The notes under the pieces are model-generated. The model was not told where the DNA came from. It saw only the letters and a list, made by a program, of their open reading frames with translations, and did no database searches. A stretch of DNA of 64,000 nt from Ylistrum balloti (lineage: Eukaryota), in assembly GCF_031769215.1 (NCBI RefSeq), contig NW_026782207.1:124001-188000 (forward strand), given 5' to 3'. Shown piece by piece: positions 11,459-24,400 of this stretch. Made by a program: the position numbers and the translations under genes. Each line of letters opens with the position of its first letter. Positions within the stretch are counted from its first letter, which is position 1.

Positions 11459-14400
11459 ATGATGACGATATACAATTGGAGCACTGTCTTCATAACCATT
11501 TCATTGGCAAGCTTGCTCAATGGTGCTTACGTCAGTGACAAAAGAGCTCCAAGGACTGTGAATCTAATACACGGCAATTCGAGAAAAATAATCAATGAAG
11601 TGGTCACACCTTATCCAGAGTTTCTCGACCCAGAAGTTACGGTGTTGTCCAGTAGCACGTGAGTTAAAACTGACAGTTTGACCTAATTACTGATTTAAAA
11701 GTAGTTCAAGGTTCTGTTGTAAAGCACAATGGCTTCGCTTAATTTCAAACATGTGATCGTTCCAATTAGTCAGCCTTTTCGACGCTAAATCAGACTAAAA
11801 AGCAGAACACTAGAATATTATATTATGTAACAATAGTATAACCATCCAGTGAAATTTACACTCAGTGATGTTGAAAATTCGTAATTTCTGAATTCTTAAA
11901 ACAAAATAATGGATTAATTTCCTGTAATCGCGGGGTTAATATTCCGGTATATGAAAGTGTATGCAGTTTGGCCGTTAAATGTGTAACCTTTACCTGTCCT
12001 AGATCATTGAATATTATTCACGAGATAACCAACAGCTTTTTAGTTTACACACACTCTCGCAAAAAAGTACTATCACAAAGCTGCAAGCCTTTATCAGTCG
12101 CGCTTCTCAACAGGAGTTACAGTTTTTGACCTTTTAATTTCAGAATTTTTGTTTCTTTTTTTTTTTTTTTTTAATTCCCACTTTTATTTGTGCTTACTAT
12201 AGGAATTTTCTGAATAGAAACAGATAAACTGCCCATAGTCTTTTAATCATTTAGCCGAGGCTTTCTGTATTTGTATTGTTGCACTTTACATACCTCTAAA
12301 ATTTATTTTAGTTTCAAGTTGATCATGTCCTATTGAACGGAGAAGATATCTATTTTTTGAAGTTAATGAATGATATATTGACACCTTTATTTCAAAAAGT
12401 ACAAAGAAATAATTAGTTTTTGTAAATTACTGAATCTATCTTACAATGTCACTACCTCAGTCTCCATTTAAGTGATTGTACTTTTGCATTGCATCTCATT
12501 TGTACCCTGTGCTATGGTGATTAAGCCTATTTTAAAAAAAGAAGACTGGTGTGTTGGATTTTGCGATGTTCCGATGAAAACTTCATGGCATCGTGTCTTA
12601 AAAAGAGAGACTAGTTTTTCAGGATGGTAACCTTTTCATCAGATAATATTGCATCCTCCATTATGTACATGTTAACATGTCACTCTGTGACGGAATACGC
12701 TTTTTCATGGTTTTCTATAGAGACTGATAAACTTAGTAAACAAGGTTTCCTACCAGAGAAGTGTTAACGTACATCCAATATGATTGTTAAAATTACATAT
12801 TTCTAAATTATCGTATCCTAGCGTCTACCGTAAAGTACATGGACTTCTGATTTAATTATTGATTCAAGTCTTGCTTCGGAGTTGAGACAACATGACCATC
12901 ATGTGATACCTGTCTCTAATGCTTATGGGGTTCGAATGCATGTGTTGCATTGCATTGCTAACGGAACTTTGTATACAAAGTAGAGGGGACTGTGGAGAAA
13001 ACTTCCAGTTATCCGGGTATTCGATTTAAGTTAGACTGCTTAGCGTATAAGGATATCTTTCAGAGACAATGGAATTTTGTTTACGCATCAAATTAAACAA
13101 AAGTGATTAATTTTGAAAATATTGTTTTGATTTTGAAATATTTCGATATATATCTACCACCATATTGCTAAACTGATCCTTGTTAATCAAATGGTAATTT
13201 GGTTTTAATACTCCTATGGTTATGACTCTAAATGGGTCGTACCTTTTGAATTTTTTCAATCCCATTTCACGGGTAGTCACTCCAGGTACTGCAAATATCA
13301 TCCACCTTTTATTGGTTTTAATGCATGAGTAAAATTCCATTGTTCCCAAAAGAGATCCGACCAGTAGTGACGGAGTACTTCGAATTAATTGGGGTCTTCG
13401 AGTTATGTGAATTCCAGATATCGAGGATCAACAGTAAATGGTGTACTTTTGATTTTATTTTTCAAAAGTATATCTGTCTCCATAAGAATTATTGTGTTTC
13501 CTAGACGACCGGATGCTAAAGCCATGCCTTCCATTGGTAACGGTCACGTTGCCACTGTCGTCCATAGCGACACCTTATATGTAGATGGAGTTTATAACGG
13601 GAAAAACAGTACGAGCCACAGAGCCAGAATACGGTCAACTGCTTCTATCAATATCACCGATTTCTCCTTCGATATAGATAGCCAGAAATTCTCCCTTGAC
13701 GTTGGTAGAGGTAACATCACGGAATGATATTGAAAACCATATTGATTACTGGCTCGTCATTGTAGTGACACTAAGCCAGGCGTTATACTGCATGTATGTT
13801 AAAGTTTAAGATTCTGTCTACGATGAATTTATTATTGTTATTTTCTTTAATATATCTATTGCAATATTTGCATTACACGTTTTTTTTTCTGTTTAAATAT
13901 GTTCTTTTTAATTTTTAAATTTGCATTGATACGTAGACACGAACCGCAGAATAGAAGTGATATTATAACAAGTGAATAAACACATTACTTTAAGTTTTCT
14001 TCAATACGCTCATAAAAATGATGCCAAACCACCTTTTATCTAAATACGGATGAATATCGATAGGAAATAATGTCGGGGCGACGCTTCTTTCTATTATTTC
14101 TAGCTTTGTTATTTAAAAGTATTGATAATCATCTTGCACATTTAATTTGTTTTATGAAATTCTACCTTTCAAAAAAAAAAAAAAAAAGGACGGTAATAAT
14201 CCAGTGTGGAATTAAGATAATTGATATAATTTCGAACGTTATGATCGGATGACTTAGTATCGATTTAATCAGTCAATAACAAATTTGGAAACAGCGAGAG
14301 AAAACCTACACGACATGGAAATACTGTTTTTATCTTATCATTGATAAAACGTAGACAAAAGCTGTACAAGATAACAGAAGTTTTACAAATCCAATCTTCA

Positions 14401-17400
14401 CTGAATAACAAAATGTGATGGCCAAGAAGCCTACAATTTGAACTCGATCCAGATATAATGGTTCTTGCGAAGAACGAAACAATGACCCACTCAAGGAATA
14501 AAACCGTTAAAGCGCTGATAAAGATTTTCTAAAAAAAGACTATGACAGAAAAAGACGACATGGACCCTGCGACCCAAATAAGTGAACTCGTCCGAAATTA
14601 TGTTCCTTTATGCCTGTATACAGTCAAAGATCGAAGTACTTCAAGGAATGAAGCTGCTATATAATGGCATTTATTTTCTAATAATAGATATGGTAATCTT
14701 GACCTTGACACTACAACTACAATAAGTAAAACTCGAGATATTCATAAGTGTTCGAAATTTGATCAAACTCTCAAAGGACGAATTCACTCGTGGTAAAGGT
14801 GACTTTGACCTTGAAACTATTCCGTAACCTTTATAAGTGAAAGAAATTTTATTCCTCAAGGAATAAGTTATAAATAGAACTCGGACAAATTTGGTACGTA
14901 CGTGCGGAAACATTCGTAAGTCTCCTCGGAAATTAAGTCGCCAGTGGATGATAAAGGAAAAGTTTCTTTGGACAAAATACCAAAAGAATTATAACAGATG
15001 TTAGAAAATAACTGACATGGTATATTTATTGAAGTCTTAATTTATGTTATACCAACAGGTATGTATATAGAGGAATACACACAGAACGATTACGTCAAGG
15101 TAGAACTGAAGATGTACGCCCATCAGTGGATGTCATGGCTGTTGGTCACAGAGATTTCAGTTATCAATAATGGCGGTCCACCTGTCGTTCTAAACCTGTC
15201 TCAGACGCTTGGACCGGACATTGATGATGTCAACGTGAATACTACACAAAAAAACGACTTCCGGTAGGTATAGTAGCTGACCTATATTTATATATTTACA
15301 AAAATAAATAAAATTGGAAAGTACGAAATATAAGGAAACACAATGACCTGAAGGAATTGAAAGTAAGGAACCATAAATGCACGTGTCCAGAGAAAGACAG
15401 AAAAAGTAATGGCAGAGACGTATATATCACAATCACATGATATATACGTCTCTGGTAATGGTAGATGAAGATATATTACTTAGTCTATGCGTGTTATCAA
15501 TCAATAAACAAAACAAAAACAATAACAATCACGAGGAAACGAACAAGTAAACACCATCATAGTGCTTAATTGTTTATCATTATCTTGCTTACAGATTAGA
15601 CTTATTAGTAACGATAGAGACTGAGATGGAGGGGGAAGATACGGTGGCAGTATTAGCAGTCTCGTCTCTAGTCCCACGGTCTATCACTGTAGAACCAAGT
15701 GAATCCTCTCGCTATCTGTTCCTCACATCCATTGGTCAGGATCCAATGATAGTGATGGACTTCTTTGGCCTCGGTATGTAATTTGGTATTAAGAAAAAAT
15801 TGTATTCTAAATTTTTCGTTTGAATTTGAACTTTAATTATAATTCTCTCAAAATTTCAATTCGGTAAAAATAACTAGTTATATCTCTCATTGAAAACAAT
15901 ATTTACACAAGACATAACCATTTGCATAGGACTCAACAATTTTCTTAATGGAACCTTGGAATTGTCTCACGTGAACCACTGGGAAAGCATGTGGCGCAAA
16001 GGAAGGATTGATGTAGGCGATAACAAAGAACTAAGCAAACTCAACTACGCTTCCTTTTATTATCTTCTCAGCGAGATCCCGCAGTATGAGAGTTACGGAC
16101 CATTCTTTGGCATCTCACCTGGAGGACTTGGACATGGCGAAAAATTTAATGTGAAGAAAGCATTTATTACCATTAAGATGCACCGATTCACATACAGTTT
16201 ACCTAACATGTTGTTAATTTGTAGATATGATATCCTAATAGTGAATACAGTCTTTAAATGTCTGTTCCTGTGTAGTACCTTATAGATATACCACTCTAAG
16301 CTATTCTGCCAAATTCGTTTGTTAATTATAAAACGTACTCCCATCAGTTTTCCTGCATTAATACAATGGAGAAATAATGAAATAGGTGTAATTTTGAATA
16401 GTATTCCATATAATCATAATTGACTGAAAATTGCAGTTCGAAAGAAGGAACCATAACCGGTGACTCCAAGTTTTTCTTCGTCAGAAAGATCTTCAATGTT
16501 AAGATGCTTTATCAAGGTTCCAGTTGCTGTTTGTTCTTTTTAATTCAGTGTAGAGAACCTTTAGAATTTTCATTTGTCTTTATCTCTCTGTTGTCAAATT
16601 TCTTTCGGGTTTCTATTGCTCTTTCTTGTTGATTTTCGTTTCTATTTTTGTGTTTTTGTGTATCATTGTACATTTTTTCTTTTTTTAGTTATTATCATTA
16701 TTTCTCTCGTTATCACAATGCTTTTCAAACGCTTGAAGGATTACAAAGGCCACGTGTCATGGGATCAGGATACGTGGATGTTTCCTTCTGTCCTAGCTCT
16801 ACATAGTGATAAAGCCAAGAAAATAATAGAAAGTCGTGTGAGGAAACATTCTGAGGCCAAAGCACTCGCCAAAGCGATGGGCTACGATGGAGCTATGTAT
16901 CCTTGGGAAATCGCTTACAGTGGTAAATCTTTATGACATATATTACCACATCAATTGAAGGACCTGTCCACTTCAATATTTTGTAACTGTATATATTATG
17001 TTCTTAAAACGTTGTATGAAATGCTAGACATCCATTTGGAGTAATCTTTCTTCAGAAAGTTCTTTCCAATAAATCTGTCAATAAATGCCAACAGGTGGCA
17101 ACGTTTGTCCGACTACCGGCTGCTTAAAGTATGAACATCACATTAATGGGGATATTGCACTGGCTTTCCAACAATACGTCATGATGACGCGAGACACAAC
17201 CTTCATCGAGAGTGGAGGAGCAGCTGACGTCATTACAGATATAGCTTCGTTTTGGATGTCAAGAATGAGTCTTAACAATGAGACGAATCAGTACGAGATA
17301 TTCGGTATTTCACTATTTTTTTGTCTAAACCTTGAATGCAACATGTCCAAACTAGAAATGTTGACATATGTTACTTTCAAGTAGATTGATTTCTGTATGT

Positions 17401-20125
17401 AAGCAATAAAAATTACAGCGTTCTTTTCCAATAAGCTCCTTATGATAAAGGAACACAAAGAAAAATAGTTCCAGCTGATAAAAATAACAGTTTTACAGCA
17501 GTCAAACATGGACATGTATTCTGTATAGTATCGATAATTATACCCATGTAGGTGTAACTAAACATTCTATATTTGCTGTAGAGGTGATAGGTCCTGACAA
17601 ATCCCATTTTCCTGTCAACAACTCCGTCTACACTAACAGTGTGGCCAAGATCAGCCTCCTTCTGCCAAAGTACGCCCTCTCTCTGGTCAACAAGACGGCG
17701 GATCCGACATTTGAGACAACAGCCAAACAAACATACATACCATTTAATGATACAGGGAGATGGCATCCAGAGTTTGATGGCTATGAACTAGGTTTGCGAT
17801 AATACATTTCTGATATTGATGTAACAGCATTTCTAGCACGATATCCGCGAAATCATATAGATGAATGCATTGCATGTATCTCTCACAGTTAAGAATGAAT
17901 TCTGTTTTTCTTTTCGCTACTGGTACCAAGATTTCAGCAAAGCGTTTTAAGGTATGCTTAAACAAAAAAATCAATTATAAATTACAGAAAATGAGTTGTA
18001 GAAATGTGTTTCCTATTGATGTAATTGAGCGAAACTAAATATCTTAAATAGATAGAATCATTGTCTATTGATGTCCTTAAGGGTATTTAAGTTTCTCTTC
18101 TGAATAACTATCACCAACAGACACAATGGTACAACAAGCAGACGCCATCCTCTTAGGATTTCCTCTGATGGCTGACATTTCTGAAGAAACAAGGAGGAAT
18201 GATCTGGAAATTTATGATAAAGTTTGTAAATAATGATTGCGATGTACTTTGTACTATAGATATATTAATCTTACACCTGGATAATTTTATCATTTTGAAT
18301 TAAAACTATGATAAAACGCATTGTTCGTTACATCATTAAAAGTCTGCCTTCATATCTAGAAAAAAACCCCAGAAGGTAAAAGTCATTATATTGCCTGGTT
18401 ATTCAAAAATATAATTTTAGTAATACTGCCACTTCTATTTATAAAGGGAAATGACTTGAATTCTAATAATTCTGACAGGGTTTCAAGAAATGCAGGATGA
18501 TTATAGGGGGATGCAATCTAATGAAAATTATGGTCGTCATAGTGATAACATTGATAAATATTCTATTTGTTTAATGCTCGTTAGATTGCCTGTTTGTTCC
18601 ATTGCTACATACCTTGTCCTCGTTTGAGGACGCGACACAACTTAGTTAGTTTTATCAAAATTTACAAGAAAGGTGTCGCCCATGAAGCAGAAAACCCTTA
18701 CTCTTCCGGAACACCTCCTTGAATACTTATTCAGGACTCTCCGTGTAAACCTTTCTTTTGTTCATATTTTGCCATGGTTTCATTGAATTAGATTTTGGAT
18801 GATGATTCTATTCAGATGTTGGTATTCTCTAATTCTTCAGAAGTCAGACAATTCGTTTTATTTGTATTAACGACCTAATTGTTTTTAGTCTCAGAAAGAT
18901 CATAAAAAAAACTTGAACTGCAATTCGGGTGATGAAGTTGAACTTAACAAAGACCGTTATTGACAACGGAAAAGAATTCAAAGTATCAACAAAGGCTTTT
19001 AAACGTTATTAGATACATAAACCATCTTCTTACCGATTTGAATTGTATGTAAATAGTTAGCAACGCGGTATTGTATCTTTCAGGTTACATCTAAGGCCCC
19101 CGCTATGACATGGGCAATGTTTGCAATAGGCTGGCTTGAAGTAAACAACAAACCTAAAGCAGAGGAACAATTCAACAAGCAAATGAAGAACATTGTACCA
19201 CCATTTAACGTGAGTTTGTATCTTAACGAAATATGGAAAGAGGGGTGGGTGAATGGGGAGTTGGGGGTTGGATGTGGGTGAGTGGGTGGTTTTGGGGTTG
19301 GAGTGGTTGGGGGTTATATGCATTGCTGAGCAAGATTATCTGTAATAAAATATAGACATTTATGTAATAAGTTCTAAAATTACTGTATCATAGTAAGTGT
19401 CATCAATGACCATATTCTCGAAACTGTGTCTTATTCTTTGTCCTTTTCGAAATGTTTGTGTGCAAATATATGAATTGGTTTTCTTGTAAGTATCACATAA
19501 TAGAGTTTGAAAAACGGGTTTGATATCTTAATTCTGTTCCGATTCGATTCTGTCACCACGAAGCTATTTTTACGAGTTGCGCTGTTCCTATTTTTATAAC
19601 ATTAATCACTGATTCGCTTAAAAAGAACCTCACTGGATATATAGTTTTATTTCATTTATATCGTATCATGGTCATACGAAATTGTTTATCAATCATTTCT
19701 TTATTAATTAACAAAGAAAAAAAATATAAAGAAATATGATAAATGACAAATGCATAACGTAATCATTGTTTTAGATATGGTCCAACCCAGTAGACAGTAA
19801 GGGAGGCCGGAACTATCTGACCGGTATCGGTGGATACTTACAATCTCTTATTTATGGATATGGCGGGTTTAGAATATTCCAGGATCGACTTCAATTCAAT
19901 CCCAACATTCCACAAAGTTCTACTTCATTCAATCTCACTGGAATAGATTACCTCGGAGGGTCATTTGATTTTAGTTTCTTAAACAATTCGATGTTAATTA
20001 CCCAGACGTCAACATCCATAGGTGAAATAAAGATTGTTATAACTTCTACTGGAGAAACAGAGACATTAAAGGTCGGGGCGGTAGTCCAGTATCCTAGGTC
20101 AAAAGCCTATTTGATGCTTGTATGA
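11459..20125 (+). CDS. PGGHG: PGGHG-like GH65 protein, copy 1 (730 aa); intact frame but catalytic Glu residues replaced (predicted pseudoenzyme)
   Basis: Exons 11459-11658, 13505-13710, 15059-15263, 15595-15773, 15930-16150, 16739-16922, 17095-17304, 17582-17791, 18121-18221, 19084-19209, 19775-20125; all GT-AG, phase-compatible, 2193 nt. Motifs IGNGHVAT, HRARIRST, YYLLSEIP, GHVSWDQDTW, MYPWE, VNNSVYTN, HPEFDGY, QQAD, PAMTW and GGYLQ match animal PGGHG/ATHL1. Hydrophobic N-terminus. AATAAA at 20147. Confidence 0.93.
18655..18760 (+). repeat. Dispersed repeat family A, copy 2 (intronic)
   Basis: tttacaagaaaggtgtcgcccatgaagcagaaaacccttactcttccggaacacc is similar to 9258 and 40920. Confidence 0.6.
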
Positions 20126-20919
20126 TATATAACTTAAAACGACCAAAATAAAGTATACAGACATGACTGCTTCATTTAATGTTTTTGTATTTGTTACTGA
20201 CAGCGAGCATTGAATTTGTACATTTTCATGACATAGTTAAATCAATGCTAATATTACTTAGTAAAAGCAATGAAGGCATGTTTGCATGCCACGTTTTTAC
20301 ACATTCAGGTAGTGACATGATTGTACTTGACATTCTGAAATTGTCAGATATATGTGAAAATTATACATTCTATTTGATTATCAGTCTGGTGCATCACTTC
20401 ATCTAAATTTTGACTCTTCTTTCGATGATTGTCCTCAGTCCCCCAGGTTTCAGACTTTAGTTCCTAACTCTAAATTTCTATTGAAATGTGCTAGTGTCTT
20501 AGGTACAACCTTAAGAATTTGTCAAGTCAAATCCCACAGTGTTATATTTTTATAAAAATGTCAGAATAGAACGTAACAATGATGTATAAAACAAAAATTA
20601 CATACCAAAGCATTTTTTTCTTTGTATAAAAAGCTATACATTTTTACACATTATGTATGGCAATGGGTAGATAAGCGAGAAATGTAGGAGTGCTCTTAAA
20701 ATTCGGATATAAATTGTTAATAGACGGAACCTAGAGTAAATCCTCTAAAACTAAAGGATGGCTAATGTTCGGGATAAATATCATATGGTTATATAAAACA
20801 TGCTAAATAAACCAGTCTGGATTATTTGGGACACAGAAAAAGAGTTGTTGCCGAAATAACTAGGCAAAAACCCATAACCGCCAATGAAAAGCTTGAAATC
20901 AGCAAACGACAAGTCCATG

Positions 20920-21048
20920 AAGGTGAAGGTGAACTACAGATAGTGCCGAGAAATGGTTTATCAGTAAGACAGTACATATCGTACTATGTCCCTAGTTTTA
21001 CTTAACCCACACGAAACAACCGGAGGCACATTCACAAAATAAGTATCG
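20920..21048 (+). promoter_or_regulatory. Putative core promoter and non-coding first exon of PGGHG copy 2
   Basis: Homologous to 10258-10367: AAGGTGAAGGT, TCAGT at 20961, and GGAGGCACATTCACAAAATAA|GTATCG (donor after 21042). Confidence 0.45.
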
Positions 21049-21465
21049 GTTTTTCACGTGTCGTCATTACTGTCATCGGTAATATTGAACTTTTTGTGAA
21101 TGCTATTTATATTCAAATCTTTGTTAATTTTATTTGATGCTGGTTTGACCAGTTACGTAAAAATTTGTAAAAGTTATTTCTAAAGTATATGTTGGAATAT
21201 ACGCTTTGAAATTTTGAAATACTTTTAACTTTGTCACGGTATTATCAGCACACAACCATAATTTGAAATGTATTTATGTTTATCAAAAGTGAACAATACA
21301 GGTCTTCTGCCATTCAGTGTAGGATATCTAGATTATATACGTAATCAAACGGGTTGGAACATAGAATGAAAGTTAGGAATATTTAGATATCTTTGCACAT
21401 GTTTAGGAAATACTGACATATGAAAAAGGTAGATTTATTTTATTTCGTTTCATTAATTACAGGTC

Positions 21466-24400
21466 ATGACGACGATAAACAATTGGAGCACTGTTATATT
21501 AACCATTACATTAGCAAGCTTGCTCAATGGTGCTTACGTCAGTGACAAAAGAGTTCCAAGGACTGTGAATCTAATACACGGCAATTCGAGAAAAATAACC
21601 AATGAAGTGGCCACACCTTATCCAGGGTTTCTCGACCCAGACGTTACGGTGTTGTCCAGTAGCACGTGAGTTTACTTCAATACAAGATCAAGACATTATA
21701 TGACTTCAACAATCTAAGTTAAACGTCATTTCAAGAACTTAGATTATTTTGTTTATTTAGTTAATCAATATGTATTGTATTTATTAAGAACCTATAAAAA
21801 TAATATCACTCAGGACACATTAGTGTTTCATTTATCTTTTGCACAATTAAGGACCAAGGAAAGTTAAAGAACGATTCACTTAGTACGTTTGGTCATTTTT
21901 TTATCTTTTTGATCAGATCCAAAATTGGGCATTCATATATAAGGACAAGGAAAAATCTTCATATAAAATTCCACAATTCCACTCAGTAATTCTCAAGCAA
22001 TAGCGATAACAAAATCGTCAAAATCCAGAATGACCGATTTCAGTCATCTTGAATACACAAAGATGCTGCAAATGTGTAACATACAATGATGACGCCCATA
22101 CAGTGTCAAGCAGGTTTAATGAGAAGTTATATTCAATTCTCATTTCCCATGCATTCAGTGTCATAGTTGATTTTGAACCCAGTACAGAAGTTTTAATAAA
22201 CATATCAAACGTGTTTCTCATTTCAATGTAAACAATAAGAACACGTCTTATTTTACGTTTAAGGGGGGCATGCTTACGGAAACATTAATTCCAATTCTGA
22301 TTTCTTAAGAGCTCTGAGGTTTTTGATGTTATTATCTTCAACATTACAATTTCATTTGAAGAATATGAATCGATGTACAAATGCATATATAAGAATTATC
22401 ATGTTGCCTAGGCGACCGGATGCTAAAGCCATGCCTTCCATTGGTAACGGTCACGTTGCCACGGTCGTCCACAGCGACACCTTATATGTAGATGGATTAT
22501 ATAATGGTCAAAACAGCACGAGTCACAGAGCCAGGATACGGTCAACTGCTTCTATCAATATCACCGATTTCTCCTTCGATATAGATAGCCAGAAATTTTC
22601 ACTCGACGTCGGCAGAGGTAACATCACTGAATGATATTGAAATTCGAGTGGTTATTTTACAAATTCTGCATAACCATAAGTCTTCCGATTAATTGCTCTC
22701 AAAAGTATTATATTTATGCAAGTCATATTAAAAAAAAAACAAACTCAGGCAGTGGAAAAACAACATGGTTGGGAATGAATCTTTTAGTTATTTAATCAAT
22801 TAATTTATTGGATATATTTTGTCAAATGTTAAACATCATTAAGGTTAAATAATTCCCACATAACTGAATACAATAAATTGGAATTTTCAATTATAAGCAT
22901 TTCAAATTATGTATATGTAATGCATATGCAAGTTATTCAGAAAGAAAAGAAAGGAAAGATAAGGACGCCCTTCAAAGGTGGAAGGAGGATAATAATAGCC
23001 GGTGTTAGAAGCTCATTTTTGTCCGCAATATACTTCTTGAAAATCATATACCATTTAATACTACCAGGTATGTATATAGAGGAATATACACAGAACGATT
23101 ACGTCAAGGTAGAACTGAAGATGTACGCCCATCAGTGGATGACATGGTTGTTGGTCACAGAGATTTCAGTTATCAATAATGGCGGTCCACCTGTCGTTCT
23201 TAACCTGTCTCAGACGCTTGGACCGGTCAGTGATGATGTCAACGTCAATACTACACAAGAAAACGACTTCCGGTAGGTATAGTAGGTGGAAGAAGATATA
23301 AAAAGGAGAAATAATTTTGTTTCAGATGAATTTGTAAATAAGGCTACTGAGGACCAAGACAAGGAGTTATCAACAATTACTACTTGTTTTAATGGATGCC
23401 TTTCGTCTATCTGTGATAAAATGTTAATGAGTTTCTCAAATTCAAAGTACGACGAGAGTTGGACCAGGTGAGTAAGCATCTTCTGCTTCATCGACGACAC
23501 CTGCCATGTAAATATTGGTCAATCGTAGTAAGTAATGTTTTAAATAAATACCATGTATACATCCATGCAAAAAAACAGTCAAACTAATGAGCATCAATTA
23601 TGCCCAGCCTCATATTGGACAAAGAAACATAATATTTCTCCATGAGATCAAATAACCTGTAATCTGAGATTGGAACAGTACATTTAGTTTACTAGATGGG
23701 TATTACATTCTGTCCGGGTAATACAGCCTCGCAAGTGCATTAATACCAAAAAGGAGTTCCCCGCCAGCTATTTCCAAATAAACAGAGATATGTCCGGAGT
23801 TAACATTTGGCTCAGAGATTCGGCTTTTTCATTTTGAATGTCATTTGACACAATATAAGATAAATGAGGAGTTTATATGTCGATGTTTAAGGTTTAAATG
23901 CTTTTTCGACAAAATCTTTCAAATTATATAAATTGCAGAAAAAGTTCGAATATTGAAAAGATGGCTGCGTCCTCTAATGGCCGTTGCTTGCAGTATCACC
24001 ATCCTGAATACATATACAATACACAATACACATGGTTGCAGCATAGACTTTTCAATGACGAAGGAGGGAGAGGTGGAAGGAGATGATACAGAGCACGTAT
24101 TAGCCGTCTCATCTTTAGTCCCAGAGTCTATCACTGTAGGACCAAGTGAAGCCTCTCGCTATGTTTTCCTCACAGCTATTGGAGATGATCCCATGATAGT
24201 CATGGCTTATTTTGGAACTGGTACGTAAAATCATATTTTATTATTGATTTAATTTTTCTTACATCAATTTGTTTATGTTCATGTAATAATTCCTTTACAA
24301 CAAATTTTACTCAGGTAAAACAGGAAAATAGATAAAATATGTCATTATTGTAATATCTACGCTATGCCAACCTGTTAATCTATTTGATATAAAATCTATC

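Noticed and set aside
13107-13349. 80-aa minus-strand ORF in copy 1 intron 1 that looks protein-like
   Set aside because: No family recognised and no clear splice or promoter context; may be a decayed TE fragment. A tBLASTx search would settle it.
19240-19315. G-rich tract with G-quadruplex potential (also the C28 run at 55595 and the C-run near 7790)
   Set aside because: Intronic or intergenic low-complexity sequence not conserved in paralogues; no evidence of function.
23286-23471. 61-aa ORF ending at a CAG|GTGAGT donor in copy 2 intron 3 (possible cassette exon)
   Set aside because: No counterpart in the other three paralogues, no convincing acceptor, and its 3' part is the reverse copy of dispersed repeat A.
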